From: Anaeramoeba ignava BMAN
Lineage: Eukaryota; Protista; Anaeramoebae
Assembly (NCBI GenBank): GCA_028826165.1
Contig: JAPDFW010000064.1
Coordinates: forward strand, 124,001-188,000
Length of the DNA: 64,000 bases
Direction: 5' to 3'
Below, piece by piece: positions 43,818-56,526 of the stretch; position 1 is the first letter of the stretch, and every line of letters begins with the position of its first letter. The notes under the pieces are model-generated. The model was not told where the DNA came from, did no database searches, and was given only the letters and a program-made list of their open reading frames with translations. The position numbers were made by a program, and so were the translations under genes.

Positions 43818-45330
43818 TAATCAATCAATTAATAAATTAATTAATAAATTAATCAATTAATCAAAATAAATAAATCATCAAATAAATCAAATCAATTAAT
43901 AAATTAATCAATTATTGTAATTCACCAATAATCAATAATTGTCAATCAATAAATCAATTGGTCAAATCAATTAATCAATAAATGTCCAAAACAAATCAAC
44001 AAATCAATCAATCAATAAAATCAAATAACAAAATCAACAAATCAAATCAACAATCATTGTCAATCCACCAATAAATTCAATAATTAATCAATCAAATTAA
44101 ATCACCAATAAATTACCAAATCAATAAATAAATAAATCAATAAATCAAATCAATCAATCAACCAATTACCACCAATTAACCACCAATCAATCAATAAATT
44201 ACCAAATTGGCCAAATAAAATTAATCAATAAATAAATCAATTGTAATCAAATCAATCAATTAATGTAAAATTAATTAATCAATAAAATCCAAATGTAAAT
44301 TGTCAATCAAATTACAAATTAATTAATGTCAATTAACACCAATTAATCAATTACAATAAATAAATAAATTGTCAAATCAAATAATTGAAAATCATTGTAA
44401 ACCAAAATCAATAATTAATCAATCACCACCAAAACAAATTACCAAATCAACCACCACAAATTACCAATTAAATCAATTGGCCAAATCAATTGTCAAATCA
44501 CCAATAAATAAATCACCGGTAATTCAATAAAATAATTCAACCACCAATTGGTAATAAATCCAATCACCGGTAATAACAAATAAATAAATCAATAAATCAA
44601 ATATCAACCGGCCAAACCACCAATCACCACCAAATAAAAATCACCAATCCGGTTTAATCAATTACAATAAAAATAATAAAATAAATTGTCAAAATAAACA
44701 AATAAATCAATCAAATAAATCATCCAAATAAATTCAACCAATTGTCAATCAAAATCAAATCAACAAATAAATACAAAATCACCATCAAATCAATAACCAA
44801 AATAATTACAATCGATAATTAACCAACCAATCAATCAAATCAAATACTAATCACCAATTACCAATTTTAATCAATCAATAATCAATCAATAAATTGTCAA
44901 TAATCAATTACCCAAATAAATCATTATAAATCAGTAAATCAATCAACAAATCAATTTAATAATCAATCAATCAACCAATTGTCAATTACCAATCAATAAA
45001 CCAATATCAATTGTCAATCAATTACCAACCAACAAATAACCAATCAAATCACAAATAAAATTAATCAATCACCAATCAATCAATCAATTCAATAATAAAT
45101 AAATAAATCAAATCAATAAATCAATCAATCAATCAATTAATAAATAAATCAATCAATCAACAATCAAATAAATCAATAAATCAACAAATCAATCAATAAA
45201 TCAACAATTCAATCAATCAATTTTTAAAAATCAATAATAAATAAATAAATAAAATCAATCAATAAATCAAATAAATTAATCAATCAATCAATCAATAAAT
45301 CAATCTTAAAATCAATCAATCAATCAATTA
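43715..45330. repeat. (AATC)n-based satellite with clean ends and a highly degenerate centre
   Basis: AATC runs at ~43725-43830 and ~45060-45330. The interior is G-poor on the + strand with CACC, TTGTC and CCGG variants. Confidence 0.85.
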
Positions 45331-45365
45331 ATCTTAAAATGAAAAAATGAAATTTGTTTTGTTTT

Positions 45366-46215
45366 TTAAATTAATTTATTTAAAGAAATTAAAATTTCAT
45401 TTGAAAGTTGTTTTGCTGATTGATTTCCATTAAGGGTAATAAGAACATTTAATTTTGAATAAAATTTTCTAACAGAAGGAATAAATTTATGAAATTCTTT
45501 CAATCTTTTTTTGAGAATTTTTGGATTATCATCTTTTCTTTTTATGAGAATTTCATTTGTAATCTAAAATAATTTGAAAATCAAAAATTAAAATTAAAAT
45601 TAAATTGGATTAAAAATGAAATACATCATCTCTCATTTCAATTTTTGGAGGATTAAATTTTTTATGATAAATTCTTCCTGAAGAAACATGAATTAATCTT
45701 CCTTTAATTCTTTCATATAAAATATTATCAGGAACTAAAAAATCAATTGCTGCATTCACTTTACAATTAATTTTATTGAGCATTTGTTCAAAAAGTATTG
45801 CTTGATTTTCAGTTCTTGGTGATCCATCAATTAAAAAACCATTTGATTTTTTTGATTTTTTAAAAACCAAATCTTCAAGCATTTCAATTATAATTTGATC
45901 AGGAACTAATTTTCCATTTGCTAGATAATATTTAATTTTTTTGCCAAGTAAAGTTTCATTTTTCATTTCTTTTTTTAAATTATCTCCTGTTGACTAAATA
46001 ATTTAGAATTAATTTTGAATTAATTTAGAATGTATTTTAAATTTTTTACAAATAAATCCAATTTATATTTTTGTAAAATTGTTGGAATTTGGGTTCCTTT
46101 TCCTTAAAAGAAAAAAATTTTTTTCTTAATTTTGAATTTTTCAATTTTGAATTTTGGAATAATTTTTACCACTTCCTGGAGCACCTAATAGAACAATAAA
46201 TAATTTTGAATTCAT
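45366..46215 (-). CDS. Adenylate kinase, long-LID (AK2-like); 4 exons
   Basis: MNSKLFIVLLGAPGS|GKGTQ...|STGDNLK...GKLVPD...GFLIDGSPRTENQA...GRLIHVSSGRIYHKKFNPPK...|ITNEILIKRKDD. Confidence 0.93.
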
Positions 46216-46295
46216 TTAATTTTATTTAAAGAAAAAAGAATAAAAAAAAAATGATTTTTTGAATTTTTGGAAAGAAATTTAAAATTTATGTTAAA

Positions 46296-46791
<496 letters not shown>

Positions 46792-46940
46792 ATCTTAAAT
46801 TAATTTGTTAATTGAATTTTAAGTTGATCTTTTTCCCATTTTTTGGATTATCGAATAAGAAAAAAAAATTATTTTCCCAAAATCAAAAAGAATTTTTCTT
46901 TTTCTTTTTTGCTATTTTCTTTTTATTTTTTATTTTTTGA

Positions 46941-48594
46941 ATGAAAAATAATTCAAGAAAAATATCTCAAAATAACTCTTTTGTTTTAACAATAATATTA
47001 TTATTAGTTAGCATTTTTGTTACATTTTTTCTTTTCAATTTTTTAATTAATGATACAAAATGTATTAAAATCAAAATTAAAATCAAAATAAAAATCAAAA
47101 TCAAAATTAAAATTAAAATCAAAATCAAAATTAAAATCAAAATCAAAATTAAAATTAAAATTAAAATTAAAATTAAAATCAAAATCAAAATCAAAATCAA
47201 AATTAAAATCAAAATCAAAATCAAAATCAAAAATCAAAATTTAAATGAAAAAAATAGATTTAGATCAATTTCCAAAATTAGAACAAAATAACCACAAAGA
47301 AATTATCATAAAAGAATTGATTCATGTTCAAAATTCTATTTTTAAAATTGAAAAAGAAATTGAAGAATTAAAAAATGAAAATGAATCATTGAATAATTTC
47401 ACTTCAAATGCTTCATTTTATTTTGAATTTGATTTTGATTTACTTAATTATACTGATCCTTATTTATTTTTTGATAATGAATCTAATAGATTCAATCATT
47501 ATACAAACTATAACAAATCATTAGAATATCAAAAACAAATCATTTCACAAAATCAAATAAATTATCAATTTTTTTATGGTTCTTTTGCTTTAAATTTACC
47601 TCATTTTCTAAACAAAAAAGCATTTGAAAGATTTATAAAACACAGACATCAAAAAAGATATGATCAGATTTTTGATGAAAAAAATCAACAAATGGTTTTC
47701 AATTCATCTGTAAATTCATTTGGAAATATAACCTATTTCAAAGATTATTCTTTTCAAATATTTCCTAATTGTACTTTTTATGGTTTGAAAATTGAAGATT
47801 TTGAAATACCAAATTCAAATAATATCAAACATATGGAAAAAGTTGTAGTTGCTATTGCTCAATTTTCTAGTGCTTTTCAACACTTTATTGATCGTGTTTT
47901 AGGATCATTAATAAGAATAAGACCCTTTATTAAAGATAAAGGATGGACTCTTCTTATTGATTCAAGTATGGAAGAGATTCCTTATCAATTATTAAATCTT
48001 ATAAAAGAAGATTTTAATGTTAAACTTGAAGTTTATGATCCTTCAATTACTTACAAAATTGATAAATTAATGATAATTTGTAATATTCCTTTTATTCATC
48101 CAAGAAAATTTCAAGAAATAAGAACATTTTTAGTTAAAAATATTTTGAAAATCAATTCAAATGAAGAAATTCCAATTTATAAACAAGAAAATATCATTTA
48201 TTTACCAAGAGTTAATAATCATAACGAAAGAAATGTTATTAATAATGAAGAAATTGAAAATTATTTAAGAAAAAGATTTGGAAATAAACTCAAAATTTTT
48301 TCACATAAAGAACATCAAGATTTAAAAGAATTAGTTGAATATTTTTCAAAAGCCAAAATAATAATTGGAGCACATGGAGGAGCTTTTTATAATTTATTAT
48401 TTACTTTATCACATCCTATTGTTATTGAATTTCAAGGAAAACCATTTTTTGGAGAACTTTCAATATTTTATTGGATTTCACATACAACTGGAAATGAATA
48501 TTGGATAGATTATACTGAAGAAAGTGGAAATGATTTAATCATTAATTTAGATCATTTAAAAGAAATATTAAATAATGTTCTTAAAGAAAATTAA
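46941..48594 (+). CDS. GT61-like (DUF563) glycosyltransferase, copy 1; type II membrane protein; 2 exons
   Basis: Signal-anchor exon 46941-47061, then a phase-1 intron made of AAAAT(C/T) repeats (to ~47262). Motifs IIYLPR...RNVINNEE and FSKAKIIIGAHGGAFYNLLF...VIEF. Confidence 0.88.
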
Positions 48595-48683
48595 CATTAA
48601 TAATCATTTCAAATTTCAAATTTCAAATTTCTTTTTAATAAAAAATTTTTTCATTTTTTTTTTCATTTTTTTATTTTTATAAA

Positions 48684-50287
48684 ATGAGAATAACTTCAGA
48701 AGATTTTAGTGATACAAGAAAGATATTTCAACAAATAATTCAAAACAAATCTTTCATTTTAACAATTCTTTTAATATTTGTGAGTTTTTTATCGTTCTTT
48801 TTACCCTTCCATTTTGTTAGAAATAAAACAAGTAAATTCAAATAATAAAAAATTTATTTGAAAAAAAAAATTATTAATATAAAAAAAATAAATAAAATTA
48901 AACACAGACCAAAAACCAGATTTAGATATAGAAGAACCAACAACAGAACTTAAAATATTACAAAAAATGCAATTATTATACAAAAAACAACAAGAAGTGT
49001 GGGAAACTCGAAATTTCATTTTACAACTTGAAAATCCAATTGAAGAATTAAAGCAAGTATTACAAAGTAAAGGATCATCAAAATCTAAGGCTATTGAACA
49101 ATATTTGTTTTATTTTGACTTTCTAATTGATTTACTTAATTATACTGATCCTTATTCGTCTCATTCAAATGAAGATATTCGATTTATTGTTTATCCAAAT
49201 TATAATCAAACTCCAACAATTACCACAAAAATCATTTCAGAAAATCAAATTCGTTATGAAGTTCTTTATGGTTCATTTTTGCTAGATCTGCCTCATTTCA
49301 TTGATAAAAATTCAGAAAAAGAATTTATAAATGATTTCGAAACAATCAAGATTTAAAGAAATTTTTGATGAAAAAAATCAGAAAATACTTTTCAATTCAT
49401 CCGAAATTACAATCGGAAATATAAATTATTTCCGAAATTTAACATTCGATAAATTTCCTATTTGTTCAACAGATAATTTTGATATCAACGATTCCAAGTT
49501 ACCAAATTCAAACAATACAAAAACTATGAGCAATGTTATAATAATTAAGAAAGAAAATTATGAAGATAATGAGTATTGGATTTATCATTTTTTAGGAACA
49601 CTATTACAAATAAGACCCTTTATTAAAGATAAAGGATGGACTCTTCTTATTGATTCAAATACGCATGAGATTCCTTATCAATTATTAAATCTTATAAAAG
49701 AAGATTTTAATGTTAAACTTGAAGTTTATGATCCTTCAATTACTTACAAAATTGATAAATTAATGATAATTTGCAATTCACCTTTTATTCATCCAAGAAA
49801 ATTTCAAGAAATAAGAGCATTTTTAGTTAAAAATATTTTGAAAATCAATTCAAATGAAGAAATTCCAATTTATAAACAAGAAAATATCATTTATTTACCA
49901 AGAGTTAATAATCATAATGAAAGAAATGTTATTAATAATGAAGAAATTGAAAATTATTTAAGAAAAAGATTTGGAAATAAACTCAAAATTTTTTCACATA
50001 AAGAACATCAAGATTTAAAAGAATTAGTTGAATATTTTTCAAAAGCCAAAATAATAATTGGAGCACATGGAGGAGCTTTTTATAATTTATTATTCAGTTT
50101 ATCACATCCTATTGTTATTGAATTTCAAGGAAAACCATTTTTTGGAGAACTTTCAATATTTTATTGGATTTCACATACAACTGGAAATGAATATTGGATA
50201 GATTATACTGAAGAAAGTGGAAATGATTTAATCATTAATTTAGATCATTTAGAAGAAATATTAAATAATGTTCTTAAAGAAAATTAA
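48684..50287 (+). CDS. GT61-like glycosyltransferase, copy 2; divergent N-half, C-half near-identical to copies 1 and 3
   Basis: Signal-anchor exon from 48684 with a phase-1 intron (~48832-48907) at the same position as in its paralogues. One extra A at ~49341; removing it restores the alignment FINDFEQSRFKEIFDEK vs FIKHRHQKRYDQIFDEK. Confidence 0.83.
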
Positions 50288-50360
50288 CATTAATAATCAT
50301 TTCAAATTTCAAATTTCTTTTTAATAAAAATTTTTTTTCTTTTTATTTTTCATTTGTTAA

Positions 50361-52220
50361 ATGCGAAATAATTCAAGAAAAATATCTCAAAATAACACTT
50401 TTGTTTTAACAATAATATTATTATTAGTTAGCATTTTTGTTACATTTTTTCTTTTCAATTTTTTAATTAATGATACAAAATGTATTAAAATCAAAATCAA
50501 AATCAAAATCAAAATCAATATCAAAATCAAAATAAAAATTAAAATCAAAATCAAAATCAAAATCAAAATTAAAATCAAAATTAAAATCAAAATCAAAATC
50601 AAAATTAAAATCAAAATAAAAATTAAAATCAAAATTAAAATCAAAATCAAAATTAAAATCAAAATTAAAATCAAAATCAAAATAAAAATTAAAATCAAAA
50701 TCAAAATCAAAATCAAAATCAAAATCAAAATTAAAATCAAAATCAAAATTAAAATTAAAATCAAAATTAAAATCAAAATCAAAATTAAAATTAAAATCAA
50801 AATCAAAATCAAAATCAAAATCAAAATTAAAATTAAAATCAAAATTAAAATCAAAATTTAAATGAAAAAAATAGATTTAGATCAATTTCCAAAATTAGAA
50901 CAAAATAACCACAAAGAAATTATCATAAAAGAATTGATTCATGTTCAAAATTCTATTTTTAAAATTGAAAAAGAAATTGAAGAATTAAAAAATGAAAATG
51001 AATCATTGAACAATTTCACTTCAAATGCTTCATTTTATTTTGAATTTGATTTTGATTTACTTAATTATACTGATCCTTATTTATTTTTTGATAATGAATC
51101 TAATAGATTCAATCATTATACAAACTATAACAAATCATTAGAATATCAAAAACAAATTATTTCACAAAATCAAATCAATTATCAATTTTTTTATGGTTCT
51201 TTTGCTCTAAATTTACCTCATTTTCTAAACAAAAAAGCATATCAAATATTTATAAAACACAGACATCAAAAAAAATTTGAACAGATTTTTGATGAAAAAA
51301 ATCAAAAAATGATTTTCAATTCATCTGTAAATTCATTTGGAAATATAACCTATTTCAAAGATTATTCTTTTCAAATATTTCCTAATTGTACTCCTTATGG
51401 AATTAAGAACAATGTAGATTTTGAAATACCAAATTCAAATAATATTAAACATATGGAAAAAGTTGTAGTTGCTATTGCTCAATTTTCTTATGCTTTTCAA
51501 CACTTTATTGATCGTGTTTTAGGATCATTAATAAGAATAAGACCCTTTATTAAAGATAAAGGATGGACTCTTCTTATTGATTCAAATACGCATGAGATTC
51601 CTTATCAATTATTAAATCTTATAAAAGAAGATTTTAATGTTAAACTTGAAGTTTATGATCCTTCAATTACTTACAAAATTGATAAATTAATGATAATTTG
51701 TAATATTCCTTTTATTCATCCAAGAAAATTTCAAGAAATAAGAGCATTTTTAGTTAAAAATATTTTGAAAATTAATTCAAATGAAGAAGCTCCAATTTAT
51801 AAACAAGAAAATATCATTTATTTACCAAGAGTTAATACTATAAACGAAAGAAATGTTATTAATAATGAAGAAGTTGAAAATTATTTAAGAAAAAGATTTG
51901 GAAATGAACTCAAAATTTTTTCACATAAAGAACATCAAAATTTAAAAGAATTAGTTGAATATTTTTCAAAAGCCAAAATAATAATTGGAGCACATGGAGG
52001 AGCTTTTTATAATTTATTATTCAGTTTATCACATCCTATTATTATTGAATTTCAAGGAGAAAATACAAAAGGAGAACTTTCATTATTTTATTGGATTTCA
52101 CATACAACTGGAAATGAATATTGGATAGATTATATTGAAGAAAGTGGAAATGATTTAATTATTAATTTAGATCATTTAAAAGAAATATTAAATAATGTTC
52201 TTAAAGAAAATTACCATTAA
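50361..52220 (+). CDS. GT61-like glycosyltransferase, copy 3; 2 exons
   Basis: Close paralogue of copy 1. The same repeat-filled intron is about twice as long (~50482-50880). Confidence 0.88.
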
Positions 52221-52315
52221 TAATCATTTCAAATTTCAAATTTTTCTTTTTCTTTTTAATAAAAAATTTTTTTTTCATTTTTTATTTTTTTCATTTTTTT
52301 CATTTTTTTTTTTAA

Positions 52316-53776
52316 ATGCATCAACTACAAAATTTACCATTATTTGTTAAAACTTTTTTTGTTATCTTTTTGATTGGACAAATAATAATTTTTTTAACTT
52401 TAAATTCGAAATGGATGATTACAAAAGAAAATGATCAACAAACTTCAAAAGAAATACAAATAATAAAGCAAATAGAAATTAAAAATAAATCATGTGAAAC
52501 TAAAATTGAATTTTGCGAATGCGAAGAAGAAAAAAAAAATTCATCAACAGATTTAGTTGCGAAATTACAAGAAATAGAAAACAAGCTAGAAATGACAAAG
52601 CAATGTTCATCAGAATATGGATATTTATTAATAAAGAATTGGCAGGAATCAAGAATAGATATTTGTTCAGGATCAAAATTATCGCAAGTTTCTTGTTATA
52701 AAAGAGAAAACCCAGGGAAGCATATTTTATGCACAGGAAAAAATGTTGAAATCAAAGGATACGAACCATTTTTTAAGGCTGGAAACACAGCAGTTCCAAC
52801 AAGGAACAACGTTCATTTTGGAGGAGGATTTTTAACTGTGGATTGCAGTCAAGCACTTAAAAATTGGGTTCCTTCGGATCAATGGGAACATCATGTGAGT
52901 AATGTTATTGGGAATATGATTTCTGTTCCCGAAATGAATTGCGACCATTGGGTCGATGATACTGTGATGCTGATTTTCCGTTGGGATCAATGGAATTCTT
53001 ATCATGCTTTGGAGGATTATATAACGGCTTTCATTAGTCTTCTTATTCTTAATGAAGACCCTCAGAAAATCCAGCTTGTTTTCACTGATGATATGCCTCC
53101 TGGCGCACAAGTCTATGATTTTTGGTCTTATTATTTCGCGAAAGAGCCTATTTTTTTAAGAGATGGAAAATTCCCGCAAAATACTTGCTTCAAAAAAGCT
53201 ATTTTTGGAATGTGGGCTCAAAACTCAATTTTATCGATTGATTTTTCTCGAAATTGGAGTAAAAACTGCAGATCAAGTATTATTCTCCTCTTTAAAAAGT
53301 ACATTCTTCCAAGATTTAATATTTCTATTGAGGATAATGTTCATAAACCTCCTTATACAATTGCATTTGTCAAAAGAGAAGATTATCAAAACAAAAACAT
53401 TGCAAGAAAAATCACAAATCACGATGAGATTTTTAAATATATTGAAAGAAAACTCCCCAAAGATTGGTCAATTGTGAACTTCCAACCTGAAAAACTAACA
53501 ATTGAGGAGCAAATTCAAATGAGTTCCCGATTCTCAATTATAATCGGTCCGCATGGAGCTGCTTTTACTTATGTTGTTTTCTTTCCTGAGAAATCTCATC
53601 TTATTGAGATCTTTATGGGTGATCGAGGTTCAATTAATGTTCATTTTAAGAATCTTTGTGTTTTTATGGGTCATCATTATCATAATGCTGGTCATTTTAG
53701 TAACAATGTTCCTCCTGAAACACTTTGGAATATTGTTGAATCTTCAATCAAAGAAATTGAAAAACTTCCTCATTAA
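52316..53776 (+). CDS. GT61-family glycosyltransferase (EOGT/POMGNT2-like); intronless
   Basis: N-terminal signal anchor and Cys-rich stem; NSYHALED; CFKKAIF; RKITNHDE; LTIEEQI...IIIGPHGAAFTYVVFFPEKSHLIEI; FKNL...G. Confidence 0.88.
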   Translation: MHQLQNLPLFVKTFFVIFLIGQIIIFLTLNSKWMITKENDQQTSKEIQIIKQIEIKNKSCETKIEFCECEEEKKNSSTDLVAKLQEIENKLEMTKQCSSEYGYLLIKNWQESRIDICSGSKLSQVSCYKRENPGKHILCTGKNVEIKGYEPFFKAGNTAVPTRNNVHFGGGFLTVDCSQALKNWVPSDQWEHHVSNVIGNMISVPEMNCDHWVDDTVMLIFRWDQWNSYHALEDYITAFISLLILNEDPQKIQLVFTDDMPPGAQVYDFWSYYFAKEPIFLRDGKFPQNTCFKKAIFGMWAQNSILSIDFSRNWSKNCRSSIILLFKKYILPRFNISIEDNVHKPPYTIAFVKREDYQNKNIARKITNHDEIFKYIERKLPKDWSIVNFQPEKLTIEEQIQMSSRFSIIIGPHGAAFTYVVFFPEKSHLIEIFMGDRGSINVHFKNLCVFMGHHYHNAGHFSNNVPPETLWNIVESSIKEIEKLPH

Positions 53777-53909
53777 AAAAAAACAATTATTTTTTTTAAG
53801 AAATTTAAAATTTAATCTAAATTAAAATAAACTAAATTCAAATTAAAATTAAATTTAAATTTAATTAAAATAAATTAAATTCAAATTAAAATAAACTAAA
53901 TTCAAATTA

Positions 53910-55140
53910 AAATAAACTAAATTCAAATTAAATTATTATTAAATATTATTAAAATTCAAATTTTATTTTTATTAAATTATTTTTATATTTTATTAAATTT
54001 AAAATTAATTTTTAATACATTTTATTATAATTAATTTTAAATTAATAAATAATCAAAAATATTATATTAATAAATAAAAATATTATTTCAAATTAAAATA
54101 AATTAAATTTAAATTAAATTATTATTAAATATTATTAAAATTCAAGTTTTATTTTTATTAAATTTAAAATTAATTTTTAATATATTTTATTATAATTAAT
54201 TTTAAATTAATAAATAATCAAAAATATTATCTTAATAAATAAAAATATTATTTCAAATTAAAATAAATTAAATTTAAATTAATTTATTATTAAATATTAT
54301 TAAAATTCAAGTTATATTTTTATTAAATTTAAAATTAATTTTTAATATATTTTATTATAATTAAATTTAAATTAATAAATAATCAAAAATATTATATTAA
54401 TAAATAAAAATATTATTTCAAATTAAAATAAATTAAATTTAAATTAAATTATTATTAAATATTATTAAAATTCAAGTTTTATTTTTATTAAATTATTTTT
54501 ATATTTTTATTAAATTTAAAATTAATTTTTAATACATTTTATTATAATTAAATTTAAATTAATAAATAATCAAAAATATTATATTAATAAATAAAAATAT
54601 TATTTCAAATTAAAATAAATTAAATTTAAATTAAATTATTATTAAATATTATTAAAATTCAAGTTTTATTTTTATTAAATTATTTTTATATTTTTAATAT
54701 ATTTTATTATAATTAATTTTAAATTAATAAATAATCAAAAATATTATATTAATAAATAAAAATATTATTTCAAATTAAAATAAATTAAATTTAAATTAAA
54801 TTATTATTAAATATTATTAAAATTCAAGTTTTATTTTTATTAAATTATTTTTATATTTTTATTAAATTTAAAATTAATTTTTAATATATTTTATTATAAT
54901 TAAATTTAAATTAATAAATAATCAAAAATATTATATTAATAAATAAAAATATTATTTCAAATTAAAATAAATTAAATTTAAATTAAATTATTATTAAATA
55001 TTATTAAAATTCAAGTTTTATTTTTATTAAATTATTTTTATATTTTTTATTAAATTTAAAATTAATTTTTTAATACATTTTATTATAATTAATTTTAAAT
55101 TAATAAATAATCAAAAATATTATTTTAATAAATTAAAATA
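53910..55140. repeat. AT-rich satellite, ~7 copies of a 165/187 bp unit
   Basis: The anchor ATTATTAAAATTCAA(G) recurs at ~53955, 54141, 54306, 54471, 54658, 54823 and 55010. Confidence 0.93.
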
Positions 55141-55297
55141 AATTAAAATATTCTCGTGAGTTGGATTAATAAATAATCAAAAATATTATCTTAATAAATA
55201 AAAAAAATTCTCAAAAAAAAAGGAAAAAAAAAATTCATTTTTCTTTTTCTTTTCTTTTCTTCTTTTATTTTCTTTGTTGGAAATTTTTTATTTTAAA

Positions 55298-56209
55298 ATG
55301 AATGAAATAAATAAAATTACAGTTGCTTTTTTATTTTTGAGTTTAGGGATAATTTTCGTAATTTATGAAACAAGTTTCCATTTCCAAAACAAAACAAAAA
55401 ACACAAAAGAAACGCAAGAAATATTAATCAAAAAAGAAATGGAAGAGAAAATAGTTTATATAAATTCGAATAGAAAGTTAAAAATAGCAGTTGTAGCTGC
55501 AATAATTTCACTTCCATATGGAGATATATCAATAGAGAATTTTAAAAAATATTGCAGTTTACATAATTATTCACTTCATATTCAAACAGACAGAAAAGCA
55601 CCAGAAAGAGCGCCTCATTGGGAAAAAATAATAGCAATGAAAGAAGCAATGATGTCAAATAACTTTGATTATATCTTTTGGATGGATGCCGATAGTTTGT
55701 TTATGAATATGTCAAAAAAATTGGATGATTTAATTCTTGACAATAATTTCCCAGATATGATAATGACTGGTGATATGTGCAGTTGTATTAATTCGGGTCA
55801 TTTGCTTGTTAGAAATAGTTGGTGGAGTTACAAGTTTTTTGATGATTTCTGGAATTCTTATCCTGTTCCAAAACCAAATTGGGCAGATCAAACAGCAATG
55901 TATTTACTATTGTTTGGAAAAACTCCTGAAGAGATTCAAAAAATGCCCAAAATGGAAGAGGAGTTATGCCATGAAACTATTTTTAATGAGGAACGAATGA
56001 AGAATTGTAGTGAGGCATTTGATGAAAAATATCGAGATCATATTGTTCTTGTTCCTCAAAGAGCTATTAATAGTTATGTTCCTACTTCTGCTTGGTTTCG
56101 AGAGGAAGAAGTTTATCAACCGGGTGATTTTATTATCCATTTTACTGCAGTCGAAAAATTCAAAAAACACGGTTTAATGAAAGAATATAAAGATAAAATA
56201 ACTTTTTAA
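55298..56209 (+). CDS. GT34-family glycosyltransferase (MNN10/GMA12-like)
   Basis: Signal anchor; NFKKYCSLHNY; PHWEKI; FDYIFWMDADS (DxD); INSGHLLVRNSWWS; ADQTAM; YQPGDFIIHF. Confidence 0.9.
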   Translation: MNEINKITVAFLFLSLGIIFVIYETSFHFQNKTKNTKETQEILIKKEMEEKIVYINSNRKLKIAVVAAIISLPYGDISIENFKKYCSLHNYSLHIQTDRKAPERAPHWEKIIAMKEAMMSNNFDYIFWMDADSLFMNMSKKLDDLILDNNFPDMIMTGDMCSCINSGHLLVRNSWWSYKFFDDFWNSYPVPKPNWADQTAMYLLLFGKTPEEIQKMPKMEEELCHETIFNEERMKNCSEAFDEKYRDHIVLVPQRAINSYVPTSAWFREEEVYQPGDFIIHFTAVEKFKKHGLMKEYKDKITF

Positions 56210-56526
56210 ACCGAAAAGATTAACTTTTACACTTTTTTTTTTCCAATCTTAAATGGATACTTTTATTTTTTTTTTGATCATTCAAGAATTCAATAAAAAT
56301 TTTACTTTTTAAAAATGGAAAATCAATGGAATATCTAAATAAAAATCTAAAAATCAAACTGTATTCATTTCGAGATAAAAATATGGTTTGATTTCAATAA
56401 ATTCCTAAATACTTTTGATTAATTTCATTATATTTTTATTTGAAAATGAAGAAATTATATTTCAATATAATTTTGATTGTTGGATTTATTAATAAATTTA
56501 TTAATCAAAAATAATTCCAATCTAAA

